A stretch of DNA of 63,200 bases, filler included, from Reclinomonas americana ATCC 50394 (lineage: Eukaryota), in assembly GCA_048213135.1 (NCBI GenBank). It is 13 parts of 13 records of this genome, joined end to end, with 100 filler letters (N's around TTAATTAATTAA, not from the genome) between each part and the next. Parts side by side here need not be neighbours in the genome. Positions count along the whole stretch, not along the records: positions 24,295 to 29,346 come from AFZH01022379.1; positions 29,447 to 34,823 come from AFZH01022380.1; positions 34,924 to 36,100 come from AFZH01022381.1; positions 36,201 to 39,500 come from AFZH01022382.1; 9 more parts are not named here. One strand, written 5' to 3'. The position numbers were made by a program, and so were the translations under genes. Shown piece after piece: positions 26,518-38,781 of the stretch (the stretch's first letter is position 1; each line of letters begins with the position of its first letter). The notes under the pieces were generated by a model. It searched no databases. It saw only the letters and a list, made by a program, of their open reading frames with translations, and had not been told where the DNA came from.

Positions 26518-28378
26518 ATGCAAGCACGCAGGACACGGCTGGTTGCAACTCACATGCGTCGAGGTCGAGAGCGCGCTGCTGGCGACGACGACGACGACCA
26601 AGAGCACGGTGCGCCTGCCACACAACGTCGACGTCTGCGAAGCAGTGGTGCTGCATCTCCACAGGCGATCATGGAGCTGCCTGAAGACTACAATGAGGAA
26701 GAGGAGGAGGAGGCAGAGAGCAGCAGTGACAATGAGGCAGCGGATGCAGTGGTCGACGAGGAAGAGGCGGAGGATGAGCAACCCGCAGAGGTGAGAGCTG
26801 CTGCCAGTCGATACGCGTTCGGGTTCTCTCCTACATGCAAGATTGTAACAGTCACCACAGTGTCGAATCGTTGTGCCCGTGAACGGCATCGAGTTGCTGA
26901 CGGTCGAGTACAAGATCGAAGATATCTCACCAGCGGACGACGAGTCGCGGCATCATTTGCACTCAGTGGCGAGCTTTGAGGGCTTGGCGATGCCGGTGGC
27001 CGATGCGTCCGGGCAGCGGTTCCTCGTCGTCAGCGGCTGTGTCAGCCTCTCGCTCATGTGCCCGCTGCCGACGGGTTGGCCGTCGAGGATTGCACCAGTC
27101 GCCGAGAGCGAGCTGCGACTCAAGCCGCGGGCGCTGTCCACACCGGGTGCGTTTTGCGGAAACGCCATGGACCAGACGCAGTGGAGCACACATCCGCTGT
27201 GCCCCGGGTTGTGCTTCACAATGGTGTGCGTCGACGATGAGCGGATTGGTGCGTGCGTGTCACTCGTGTGTGCCGCGCAGACACGTCGACTGACGACTCT
27301 TGTGTGCAGAGTTGGTGGCGCTAGATGTCAACACCATGTCGCTGGCGGCGACGTACGAGATCGACTACATGAACGAGGATGGACCGGAGTCGACGCTGCA
27401 GGTGATACCCTCCGGCTTCTCCTGGTGTCAGCTGTCGCGCGACGACGGCACTCAGCGAATCTCGGCCTTCCGCTTCCACTTGCGCGATCCGCACGCCAAG
27501 GACGTGGAGGTGGAGAGGGTTTTCGATCGCATCAACGGCGAGTCGCGAGTGGGCGAGTGCGTTAGCGACGGCCGCTTGTCGCCGTGCGGTGGCTTCGTGG
27601 CTGCCGTCTTCACGGAGGGCGGATACATGGTGTGGCGAGTGGTGGACGGCGGCCAGTCGCTGGAATTGATGCCCGAGGTCGAGATCGACGACGGCCTCAC
27701 ACCAATGTTGGCGATTCTGCGCTGGGATCCAGAGGCGCCTCGAGAGAGTTGCGCAGCTGTTGGTGTTCGATTGTGTTGTCTTGCGTGTGGCTAAAACGAA
27801 ATGTGATAGAGGCACGCTTCGCCGTTCAAGAGTGGACCGAGGACATGCACTCCGGCGGTGACGTGCAAGTGGCGGTGGTGGATGCCAATAGCGGCGAGCG
27901 CGTATTGCTTGACTACAAGCACACCTCGGGTCCCTCAGGAGTGCACTGGGTGCCGGGTGGCGGTGGGCTGTTGATCACCACCGGCTGGGACGAGTTCATC
28001 GCTATTAGCGACGCGACCACTGGTCGCACGCTGCACGTCGTCTGTGGAACATGCGAAGGGTTTTCCGTGGCTGCATGCTTTGCGTCTGGTCTGGTGGTGG
28101 CTCGCGTACTCGAAGAGCACAAGTTGAATGTGGTGTCGTTGGCCAACAGCGCTGCGCCGGTGCTGTTGCGTCGTGAACTCTCGCTGGTGGAGAGCGCGCT
28201 CAAAGCGCTGTCAGAGTCGCCGGAGGAGGAGGACGAGCCGCTGCCTCAGTTCGTGCTGCGTGCGGTGGTGTGGGAGGAGACCAATCGCCTCCTCTACCTG
28301 ACGGCGCTGCAGCGGGCAGAGTTTGTCGCGGAGCACTTTGCGAGTGGCACGGATGAGCGGAAGAAAGACGACGAGTGA
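26518..28378 (+). CDS. Protein with an acidic N-terminus and divergent WD40/beta-propeller repeats, 4 exons (start at 26518, 26554 or 26671)
   Basis: In-phase exon chain with propeller-like motifs GRLSPCGGFVAAV, LRWDP, HTSGPSGVHWVPGGGGLLITTGWDEFIAISDATTG. Confidence 0.6.
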
Positions 28379-28447
28379 ATTTCCACGTCCACGCCAGCAT
28401 CGTTTCTGCGCGTTCACTGTCTCTCTCTTCCCTACCATTGTTTCTGT

Positions 28448-30714
28448 CTACGCCAGCGTGTCGTCGGCGTCGGGTGCCACTTCCGGAGCCACGGCGCGCA
28501 GGAAAGCGTCAATGTCGGCTTCGATGTCTTCGCGGTCGTGCAGGCCGGTGATGAAGCGCTGTCACGATGTTGAGCAGAGAAGGGGAAAGGAAAAAGGAAA
28601 GATCGAAACGTACCTCTGGAACGGCCTTCATGCCCAGCGCGGCGCCCATGACGGTTCCGAGTGCCGAGCCGCGGTGGCAGTTCTGCAACAAGCGAGTGAG
28701 TGAGGAGAGAGCGTGGGGAGGTCAACGGAAGGCGGCAGAGACCTCGCCGCCACAGTTACTGCATGGGGGAGAAAGTGAGACACAGGAGTCTTCGCTGAAG
28801 CGCAGGTGCCACGCAACGTGTTGGCAATCAGGGCGTCCTCCAGCGACGTGTGATACCGGTAGGCCAGGAAGAGGATCGCCGGCAGCGAGTCGGTAATGTA
28901 GCAGGCGGTGGAGAAGCGACCACCCACCTGGGTGCACGCAGCAGTGAGCGTCTCTCGCACAAGGAGCATGTCGCGCGTGCACGCACCACATCACGATCGG
29001 CGGCATCCGACAGCGCCAGCTTGTCCAGCTGGCGCAGCTTGACACTGGCTGCCGCCTTGAGCAGGCTCTCACGCAGTTCCTTGCCGTCCAGCAGGTCGAC
29101 GAGGAGGGTGGCGTAGGCCACCGCGTGTTGTCGAAGGGTTTCGCTGGGGTGCGTAAGGGAGCTACGACGAAGGGAAAGGGGGTTAAAGGGGAGATGAGAG
29201 GGGAAGGGAGATGAGAGGGGAAAGGGGAAGGGAGGGGAAGGGAGATGAGAGGGGAAGGGAGGGTGAGGGGGAAGGGAGGGGAAGGGAGGGGGGAGGGAGG
29301 GGGGAGGGAGGGGGAGAGGAGTGGGGAAGGACGGAGGAGGAAGGGGNNNNNNNNNNNNNNNNNNNNNNNNNNNNNNNNNNNNNNNNNNNNTTAATTAATT
29401 AANNNNNNNNNNNNNNNNNNNNNNNNNNNNNNNNNNNNNNNNNNNNGCGAGAGGGGGGAGTGAGAGGGGGAGAGCGAGAGGGGGAGCGAGAGGGGGAAGA
29501 GAAGGGAAAGCGGAGAAGAAGAGAAGGGAAAGCGGAGAGGAAGCGAAGGGGAAGCGAAGGGGAAGACGAAGGGGAAGACGAAGGGGGAAGACGAAGGGGA
29601 AGCGAAGGAGGAAGAGACGGGGAAGTGAAGGGAGAGAGAGGGGGGAAGAGAAGGGGGGACAGGAGGGGAAGCGAAGGGGAAGCGAAGGGGCAGCGAGAGG
29701 GGGAAGCGAGAGGGGGAAGCGAGAGGGGGAAGCGAGGTAAGATTGGGCGATGAAAGAACAGAATGACTCTAGAAAGGCGTGGCGAGGAGAGACAAGAAGC
29801 AAGCACGCAACAGCTGTGTGGTCACATTGTCGAGCACGGTCTCGAGGCCATCACGGTACGAGGCGAAAATGACAGCCGGCAGCGCAAAGAATCCACCAAC
29901 CTGCATGGCCAAAGAGAGTGAAAAACAGAGAAGTCTCCCACCCAAGAAATGAGAGACGCACAGACCGACGGCGTGTCGTGTTTCTCCGGTCCACCACACC
30001 GCCGAGGCTCCTGCAGCGCACAGTGAGCCCACCAAGTCAATCACCCTCCAACACCCCCCTCGCGCGCACCTTGCCCAGCGCATAGTTGGAGAAGAAATCG
30101 CGATGAAAGCTCTCGGCGTACGTGTCACGATGCAAGTCCGGGTCGTGCGTCATAAACGCCACATACTTCTCCAAGAAGCGGTCCGGATCGTACTTTCCAT
30201 CGCCAGCCTCCGCCACCGCACGCATACACACTGCTCGCGCCACAACCGCATTCAACGTATTCTCGCCCGCCTGCATCCCATGATGGTAGTGCATGCCGCG
30301 TCGTCCCCACAGTCCCTTCTTCCCGTGCAAAATTACATCGCCGACCACAGATCCCGATTGGGAGCCGCGTCCGCCGGCGCCCGTGCTCGCCAGATTCATA
30401 ATCGAGGTCGGGTGGAAGGCGGGAGCGGCGTGGTACTCGGTGATGCGTCCGAATTCGCGATCAATCGCACTCACCTTTTGTAAGGGAAAGGAAGGAGATC
30501 AGGGCGACAGAAAAGACGACAGACAGGAGCGGCATCGTAACATCATAGAACCTGTGATCAGTGTGAGTGAGTGGCGAGTACACAGACAAGTGTTTGAGAG
30601 TGCTCACCAGTGGACGGGCATGGAGAGTGCGTCGGCGATGAAGATGGCCCATAATGCGGCCTGCATGCGGTCGCGAGTGACGGCGGTGATCACGGAGGTG
30701 CTTGCTGCGCTCAT
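28448..30714 (-). CDS. ADP-ribosylglycohydrolase / crystallin-J1-like protein, 10 exons including 10-nt and 16-nt micro-exons, spans the gap at 29347
   Basis: ALWAIFIADALSMPVHW/FYD, HYHHGMQAGENTLN, DTYAESFHRDFF, STACYITDSLP, ANT/NCGGE/NCHRGSALG. Confidence 0.88.
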
Positions 30715-31154
30715 TGGTTGGCGGAGGTTTGGAGGTGGACAAGTCCGGTGGTTTTTGGACGCGGAGCTCGAGCTCGGCGACTCGAAGGGCAGCGGAGCAG
30801 GACGCGTGGTATGGTGGGTTCATGAGCGTGGAGACAAACGCGCTGCGACAGGCGGGCTTCCGATTGTTGCGTGATCGCGACGTCGACGTTGATATCGAAA
30901 AATCCAGGGCCAGGCCAACGCGTGCTTCTTTGACTGTGCCGCATGAAAGAGAAGATGGCTATGTGGAGATGTGTACGGTGTGCTGCAGTGGGCGTTCGCA
31001 TTGTTTCAGAGCAGAAAAAGGACAATGCATTGGTTTTTTTGATCGACGTCGACGTGCAGTCGCCGCAGCTGCTGCCTCTCCGTTCACTCCAGAAGAACAA
31101 CGTCCAGGTGGCTTACTCTCCGGAGAAAGGAAGCGAACCCGCAAGGAGAGGACA

Positions 31155-32385
31155 ATGCTCAATGTCCTCCCAGCGATCTCACTCCCTGCAGTTCGCCTGA
31201 TGGGCAACTCCTCTGTGCGCACCTCTGAACTCGCCACGCACCCACCACCCGCCGAACGCACCTACACCACCGCCACTCAGCACTTCCGACCACCCTCCAC
31301 GCGCCTCTGCTGCATCACACACGTCGCTGTATCGCCCGACTCTTCTCTCCTCGCTGTTGCATGCACCGATGGTCGTGCGCATCTCTACCGCCACGGATGC
31401 GACACGCCACATGTGACTGTGGAAAGCGCAGGTGCTGGGAAGCTGTCGGCAGTGCACTTTGTCTCCGATGCGGCGTTGATTGTGTGTGGCGATGATGCGG
31501 AGGGAGAGGTGGCGGTGAGCTGGTGGGACCTCCACGAAGACAAGGCGCAGTGCAAGTGGAGCGCCCGCGGGCATTTCTATTCGGTCATGTGTGTGGTGGC
31601 GACGTCGATGCGCGCGGAGGGATGGGTGGCGACGGGTGCGATTGATGGACTGGTGTGCGTGTGGCGCAGTGACTCGGGGGAGACGGTGCATGTATTGGAT
31701 CGACATCGTGCGGATGTGCATGGACTGGCGCTGGTCGACGACGAGGGAAAGGAGCAACTGTTGCTGAGTGCCGCACTCGATGGGATGCTGTATGCGTGGG
31801 ATGTGCGCACGGGCACGGCTGTGTGCTCGTGGCGTGTCGGGGCACCGGTGCGATCGCTGGCACGGTCGCCGTTGCGCTGTGTGTTGGTGGCCGGGTGTGC
31901 CGACGGGGTGCTGCGATCGTGGACGTATGCGTGGGAGGGCGGCGAGTTGCGGCTGGTGGCTGACGAGGGCGAGGTGGCGGCGCACACCGGGTGGGTGACG
32001 AGTCTGGCGTTCTCCGGCAATGGCAGGCGCCTGATGAGTGGGTCGTATGGTGAGGGGGAGGGGGAGGGGGAGGGAGGTGGAAGGGGAAGGGGGGCGAAGG
32101 GGAAGGGAGGGAGGGAGAAGGGGGAGGAAAAATGAGAGGGAAGGCGGGCGAGGAAAAGTATGAGAGAAAGTGAGGGAGGAAGAAGGAAGAAAAGAGGACA
32201 TTCAGGCATCAGAGAAGCAGCAGAAGAAGAGAACGAAGAAGGGATGGCTGTTGTAACTGTGTTTTCGTTGTCGTCGAGGGGAGAACGAGAGAGAATTAGA
32301 AGATGACGGAGAAAGACGGATGGGAGGAAGATGCAACAGCTTTGCAGCCTGCTCTTCCAGTTGTCTCCTAAGTGAGTCAGTGTGT

Positions 32386-32430
<45 letters not shown>

Positions 32431-33068
32431 AGAGAGTGGCAGGGAGAGAAAGAGAGAGAGCGCGCGCGAGAATTGGGGAAGACGACGGAGGAAGAAGCTG
32501 CCAGCCTGCTCTTCCAGTCGTCGCCTGAGCGAGTCAGTGAGTCAGTCAGAGAGACGAAGGGGGAGGGAAAGAGTGAGTGAGTGAGTGAGAGAGAGAGAGA
32601 GAGTGAGAGCGAGAGAGTGCGATTATCGGGGAAGACGACAGAGGAAGCAGTGACAGTGTTGCAGCCTCGCCTGAGTGAGTCAGCCAGGGAGAGAAAGTGT
32701 GAGCGTTGGTGCTCATGCTCATGCATGATGCAGATGGCACCGTGCGCGTGTGGGACGCACAGCGCGGCACCGCACTGGCCGAGTTGCGCGCCGACCACGA
32801 CGGAGTGCGCGGCGTGGCCGTGATTGGCGGTGAGGAGGAGGTGGCAGTCAGTGTCGGCGCCGATCATGTGGTGCGGCTGTGGCGCGGCGTGTGGAATACG
32901 GTGCACTGCGCCGCCGGCGAGGTGCGGGCGGTGGACAATGCCAGAGTCGCACTCGGTGAGGTGCGTGACGAAGAGGCGGATGGCGAACCGTTGCCGCTTC
33001 GCGTGCTGCGTGGGTTTCTGGCGGAGGAGGCGCGGCTGTTGTGGCTTCGAGAGAGGGAGGGGGAATGA
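31155..33068 (+). CDS. WD40-repeat protein, 2 exons (start at 31155 or at MGNSS, 31200)
   Basis: GHFYSVMCV..ATGAIDGLVCVW, HRADVHGL..SAALDGMLYAWD, HTGWVTSLAFSGNGRRLMSGSY/DGTVRVWD. Intron 32051-32733. Confidence 0.88.
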
Positions 33069-34076
33069 GGCAAAGGCGAACTGCGATCTGGTGGACGAGT
33101 TGTGACGGAGTGGTGTTGTGGGGAAGCTGATTGAAGACGCTGGCGCAGAGGCCGTCGGCGAACCGCCCTTTGGCGGACGAGTCGCCACGGATGTGGCGCT
33201 GTCAGTGACAACTCGACTGCAGCGAACTGCTTGCTCACTGGTCGAAGAGTTGCGTTGTGTCACTGCGTGTGAGACAGCTCGATCGTTGTGGTGACTTACA
33301 GACACGCTTTGGCCTGCAGGGAAAGGAGGTCCTCGAAGAACTGCTGGTTGGGGGCACTGTATTCGTGGGAGACAACTCGGCTTGCTCGGCAACGGAAGGA
33401 CGCTCGCCTTGCCCAAGAGTTGCGAGTGCGCCGCAGTGCGAGAAGCGATGAGGCGACTGACTGACGCCTGCATTTGCAGCGACGGCAGTGGTGCACTCGG
33501 CCAGTCCGCTTCTGTCAGGGGTTGCAGTGTTGTCGGTGAACCGCTTCACTTCGAGCATTGCACGCCTTGCCGAAGAGTTGCGACTGCACCGCAGCGAGAG
33601 ACAGCTCGATCGCTGAGGACTTACAGACGCCTGCTTTTACAGGTCACCACCGTCGCATTTCCCTTTCCCTTTGCAGACAACTCGAACTCGACCCTGCTGC
33701 ACCACTGCACGCCCCTACTCTTGCACCAGCGTCCACATGCAACACCCCGTTTGCCACCACGTAAGGCGGGATACCGATCGACGACGAGTCCATGTCACAT
33801 TTGCCGCGCGCGGCAAAAAAACGTTACCCACAAGCGACTTCGCGACGCACTCGGTATGACTCGGTCTGGCCCCCGCGCCCACGGCTTTCCCTCATCTTTG
33901 CACAAGGTGTCTTGACATAGTCAATGAGGGCAACTGAATGACATGTCGACCTGCTAGTTGAAAACTTTCCCAACTCAAGGAAGTTGATCGGAAACGACAA
34001 CTTCAATTTCTGTAGCCCGTCAGGGCCCCCCCTCATCACAAAAAGGAATTATGAAAAGAAACGCAGAGAGAGCGCG

Positions 34077-34440
34077 TCACTTGCGATCGCTGTCATTGTC
34101 GTGCGCTGGTGGCTTGACATCGGGAGGAGTGTGCGTGCGCTCGGGTGAGGCACCCGACTGTGGCAATCGTCGTCGAATCTCCGAGGCCCACCCTGACACC
34201 ACCTCCACCGACGTGCGCGCAATGTCTTCCACGCGTGGCACGGCGTAGTTCTGCGCAACGTACATGCCAGCGGGAACGCCTTTGCATACAGAGAGAGAGA
34301 GTGAGTGAAATGTCGTGCAGCACTCACGCGTTTTTTCGTTGTTGTTTGTTGCGTGTGTGTGTGCGTGCGATGCTGTGGTGTGTGAGCGTGTACGCACCGA
34401 TCAGTGTACCGAGGAAGATGCCGCGGAAGAGCTTTGACAT
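34077..34440 (-). CDS. STMP1/DUF4535-like short mitochondrial transmembrane microprotein, 2 exons
   Basis: Exon 34398-34440 plus exon from 34279 gives MSKLFRGIFLGTLIG/VPAGMYVAQNYAVPRV, matching the G.Y.AQNY.VP family signature. Confidence 0.8.
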
Positions 34441-34642
34441 CGTGTGCACGCAAGTGTGTGACGCAAGAGTGAATGGTTCATCGATCGGATCGTCGACTTT
34501 CATCACACACTCACACACATTCACACACTCTCTCACACTCACGGTGTGCGATCAGATGCCGTTGAGATGTGTGATGTACTGCGAGGTGTGTGTGAGAGAG
34601 AGAGAATGAAAGAAAGAGAGTGACGGAGACTGAAAGAGTGAT

Positions 34643-34697
<55 letters not shown>

Positions 34698-34719
34698 TGA
34701 GGTAGGTAGGTAGGTAGTA

Positions 34720-34812
34720 GTACGTACGTACGTACGTACGTACGTACGTACGTACGTACGTACGTACGTACGTACGTACGTACGTACGTACGTACGTACG
34801 TACGTACGTACG
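34720..34812. repeat. (TACG)n self-complementary tetranucleotide microsatellite
   Basis: About 23 perfect units at a contig end. Confidence 0.95.
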
Positions 34813-34923
34813 GTACGGTACGGNNNNNNNNNNNNNNNNNNNNNNNNNNNNNNNNNNNNNNNNNNNNTTAATTAATTAANNNNNNNNNNNNNNNNNNNNN
34901 NNNNNNNNNNNNNNNNNNNNNNN

Positions 34924-34979
<56 letters not shown>

Positions 34980-35325
34980 GGGGGAGAAGAAGGAGGGAAA
35001 GCGATAACTGTTATCGCAGAAGACAGAGCGATCACAGCCTGTTCATTGAGTCGTCGTCAGAGTGAGTGAGGGAGAGAGAGATTGGAAAGGCGACGGAGGA
35101 AGAAAAGAAGCAACAGTTGCAGCATGCTCGCTCAGTTGTTGCGGGGGCGAGTGTGCATGTGTGTGTGAGAGAGAGAAGAAGACACTTGAGGAGGAAAGGA
35201 AGAGGCTATAGCAGCTGCATCCTGTTCATTCAGTTATGTCCGAGGGAGAAGAGAGAAGCCTGCTCTCGCTCCCCTTTGCCTCCCTCCGCCCTTCTCCCTC
35301 TCACTCCCTCTCTCTTCCCTCACAG

Positions 35326-36037
35326 CACTATCCCAACCGACGTCTTCGACGCCGTCTCCGACTTTATTATCGCCAAGCCGAGCTTGGGCGGCCGTCTGGT
35401 GACCTCGACGGCCCTCGGCTTCCTCTTCATGGGCATCCCGCAATGCATCGAGGACTCGAAATACGGCCGCAACGCGCTGCTCTTCAATCTGTGCTTTGTG
35501 TTTGACGAGTTTGAGGAGACGCGCGATGGGGAGCGGTGTGATACCACGTTTTTCCAGCCGGCGCTGCGCAAGGCCTCGTTCTTCTTTCACACGTTGGAGA
35601 TTGAGAGTGAGTTTTTGTCGCGTGAGGATAGCAAGGAGGCGGCGGTGCCGGATGTGATTCGGGAGATGTATGAGGGGTTGTCGGTGAGTCGAGAAGGGGG
35701 AAGGATTAAAGGGAAAGGGGGAGGAATAATGAACAGAGAAAATGGGAGGAATAGGAACAGCGAAGAGGGGAGGAGGTGTTTGGTGTGTGACAGTGGGGAA
35801 TAGATATACGGAGTGCAGGGTGGTCTGCGTTCATTCGCCTCTGTTGCTGTTGCTCTCTTGATTGATAGTGGTGATTGCAGAGTGTGTGAGAGAGAGGAGG
35901 GGGGGGAAGAGAAAGAGAGAGAGGGGAGAGAGAGACACACATAGAGAGAGAGTCAGTCCTGCACAGGCATGAGATCGTGCGCAGTGTGTGATCTGCATTG
36001 CTTCCATCTCTCTTTTCTGCTCGCCCTCAGCGGTGAT

Positions 36038-36100
<63 letters not shown>

Positions 36101-37531
36101 NNNNNNNNNNNNNNNNNNNNNNNNNNNNNNNNNNNNNNNNNNNNTTAATTAATTAANNNNNNNNNNNNNNNNNNNNNNNNNNNNNNNNNNNNNNNNNNNN
36201 TTGGTGCCCTACATTGACGGCGTCAACTGTGTGCGCACGCTGGCGCATCTGTCGCACGTCGACCTCGTGCTTGTGCGCTCATGCCTCGAGCACCTGCTCT
36301 TCTACGACCTGATCATCATGGTGGATCTGTTCCAGTTCAGCAACATGTACGTGGCGTGTCCGGAGGGCTTGCGGCATCTCATCAGCAGCGACGCCATGCG
36401 CCGACAGTGCTTCAAGTACGTCGACACGCACCGTGACACGCTGCGCGACGCCGAGTCCGACGCCGGCACCGAGCGCACCTGCATTCGTGCGTACACTAGC
36501 ATGAAGCCGGGTCGGCGGGTGGGCCACGTGCTCGATCAGCTCAACGTGCACACGGTGGGCATTGACGAGCGCAAGTTGGTGGCGTTTGGCGTGATTCAGA
36601 ATATTATTCGGAGGGTGCATGAGTTTCCCGTGTTGGTCGATGTCGCCGATTGCCCGCCAGAGTTGCTGGACATTGCGCAGTTGCGGGAGGGGGAAGGGGG
36701 AAGGGGGTAGTGAGGGAAAGGGAGAGGGGGAAGGGGAAAAGGGAAGCGGGGAGGTCTGTTCGCCATAGCTTCTCACTAGAGTGTATTTTGGTGAGCGCTT
36801 CAGTTTGCATGTAGGAGAATGTGAGAGTGTGCTTTGTTTTGAAGGAGTTGTCTTTCACAACGAGAAGCGTGTGGTTGCTTTCTGCGCAAGGCTATGAGTG
36901 CGTGTTTTCTGGAGTTCTTCGATTTGCATTTCGAGAAAGAGGGCTCTCTTGTTCACATGGCATTGAGGCGAATGTGATTGTGTAATCTGCGTTGAGTTGA
37001 CGAACACAGCGAGAGGCACGTGTTTTTTTGCTGTGACAGTCTATAAGTGGCGTGTTTTCAGGAGTGCTTCGTCCGCAGATCAAGAAAGAAGAGGGGTTGT
37101 GATCGCCTGGCTTGCAGATGAATGTTATGGTGTGATGCGTTGAGCTGACTTACACAGCGAGAGGCATGTGTATTTTTCTGTGGAAGGCTATGAGCGGCGT
37201 GTTTTTTTAGGAGTGCTTCGTCAGCAGATCAAGAAAGAAGAGGGCTTGTGATCGCCTGACTTGCAGAAGAATTGATGTGGTTGTTTTCTGTGACTGGGAG
37301 AGACATCATTTTTGGAGAGCTTGATCAGAGTCAAGGGCATTCTCTGTGACATTACTGTTGCTTGCACTCAGTGTTCCATTCCCCCTGCTGACGAACCTAT
37401 CCGCACACAGCTTCCTCGACGGCAAGCACCCCATGGACGCCATCTGCATCGAACTGTGCGTCACCAACCAGCGGTTACGCGACCGATTAGAGCCCTACCT
37501 CAAGGATAAGATCTGTGTAATATACAACTAA
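35326..37531 (+). CDS. NPRL2: NPRL2/Npr2 (GATOR1 subunit), partial; N-terminus and a middle part are in gaps
   Basis: FDAVSDFIIAKPSL, P.CIEDSKYGRNALLFNLCFV, LEIESEFLS, PYIDGVN, DLFQFSNMY, IDERKLVAFGVIQNIIRRVH, FLDGKHPMDAIC. Confidence 0.9.
36860..37290. repeat. About 148-bp degenerate tandem repeat, 3 copies, in the last NPRL2 intron
   Basis: CTAT(G/A)AG..GCGTGTTTT..GGAGT.CTTCG recurs at ~36892, 37041 and 37188. Confidence 0.75.
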
Positions 37532-37642
37532 ACAAGACGGAAGCAAGAGAAGGGTGATCAGACATGTCAGAAAGGGTCCAGAAACGTGCAAACTTGTCCT
37601 GTGAGTCCCACGTTATCGAATCATCGTCTCTCCCCGGAGCAA

Positions 37643-38781
37643 ATGCTTCTCACTGCTGCCTCTCGTCGCCTGTTCAGCAAGGCACCAGTGCGTGTGCACA
37701 CACACAGATGCGCATCTCTCTCTCACTCTCACTCTTGTCTCTCTCACAGCATGGTGTCTCTCAGCTCGGAGTCGTGGGCGCCGGTCAAATGGGCACAGGC
37801 ATTGCTCTGACTGCGGCCATGCGCGCAGGAGTCTCAGTGACTGTCATGGACCCGATTGAGGCGAGCCTGAGCAAGTCAAAGGCACAAGTCGGTCAGTCAA
37901 ACATGCATGCATGCATGCATGCAATCACTCATTCACTCTCACGCACTCCTTCCCTTCCTTCGTCACTTGCACACTCATTCACTCTTCTCCTCACTCTCTC
38001 ACTCACTCACTCACTCACTGACTCACTCTTTCTCTTTCAGTCTCGCTTTCTCTCTTCTCAGTCTCTTCTCTCCTTCCTCCTCCTCTCACTCTCTCGCTCG
38101 CACGGTCACTTTCTCATTCAGTCTCTCTTTCTCTCTTCTCAGTCTCTCCTCTCCTTTCTCCTCCTCTCACTCTCTCGCGCACACACTCACTCATTCACTC
38201 ACTCCCCCACTCCCCCACTCCCTTCTCCTCACTCCCTTCCCTCGCCTTCTTCTCACATTCTCTTCTCCTTCGCCTCCCCTTCCCCTTGTCCTCCCTCCAC
38301 AGAGAAGCTCCTGAGTGGCTACGTAAGCAAGGACCGCATCAAGGCCGAGGAGAAGTCGGCGATCCAAGGCCGCATGCGCTACGTGGCCAGCATGCCGGAG
38401 CTCGCCCAGTGCGACTTTGTGGTGGAGGCCGTCACCGAAGACATTCACATCAAGCAGAACATCTTCCAGGAGCTGGATCGCCTGATGGCACCCAATGTGA
38501 CTCTCGCCTCGAACACCTCGTCCATTTCGATCACGGCGCTGGCGTCGGTCACCAAGCGCCCGCAGCAGGTCATTGGCATGCACTTTTTCCATCCGGTGGT
38601 CGTGCTGCAGCTGGTGGAGCTGGTGCAGGGGCTGCAGACGTCGGAGGCGACGGTGCAGCGCACGACCGCGCTGGCCGAGGCCATGGGGAAGACGGTGACG
38701 CGGGCGAAGGATACGGCGGGGTTCATCTCCAATCGCGTGCTGATGCCCTACATTAATGAGGCGATTCAGTGTTTGGCGGAG
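37643..38781 (+). CDS. Mitochondrial 3-hydroxybutyryl/3-hydroxyacyl-CoA dehydrogenase, 3' end missing
   Basis: Presequence MLLTAASRRLFSKAP; LGVVGAGQMGTGIA, DFVVEAVTE, LASNTSSISIT, IGMHFF, KDTAGFISNRVLMPYINEA. Confidence 0.92.
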
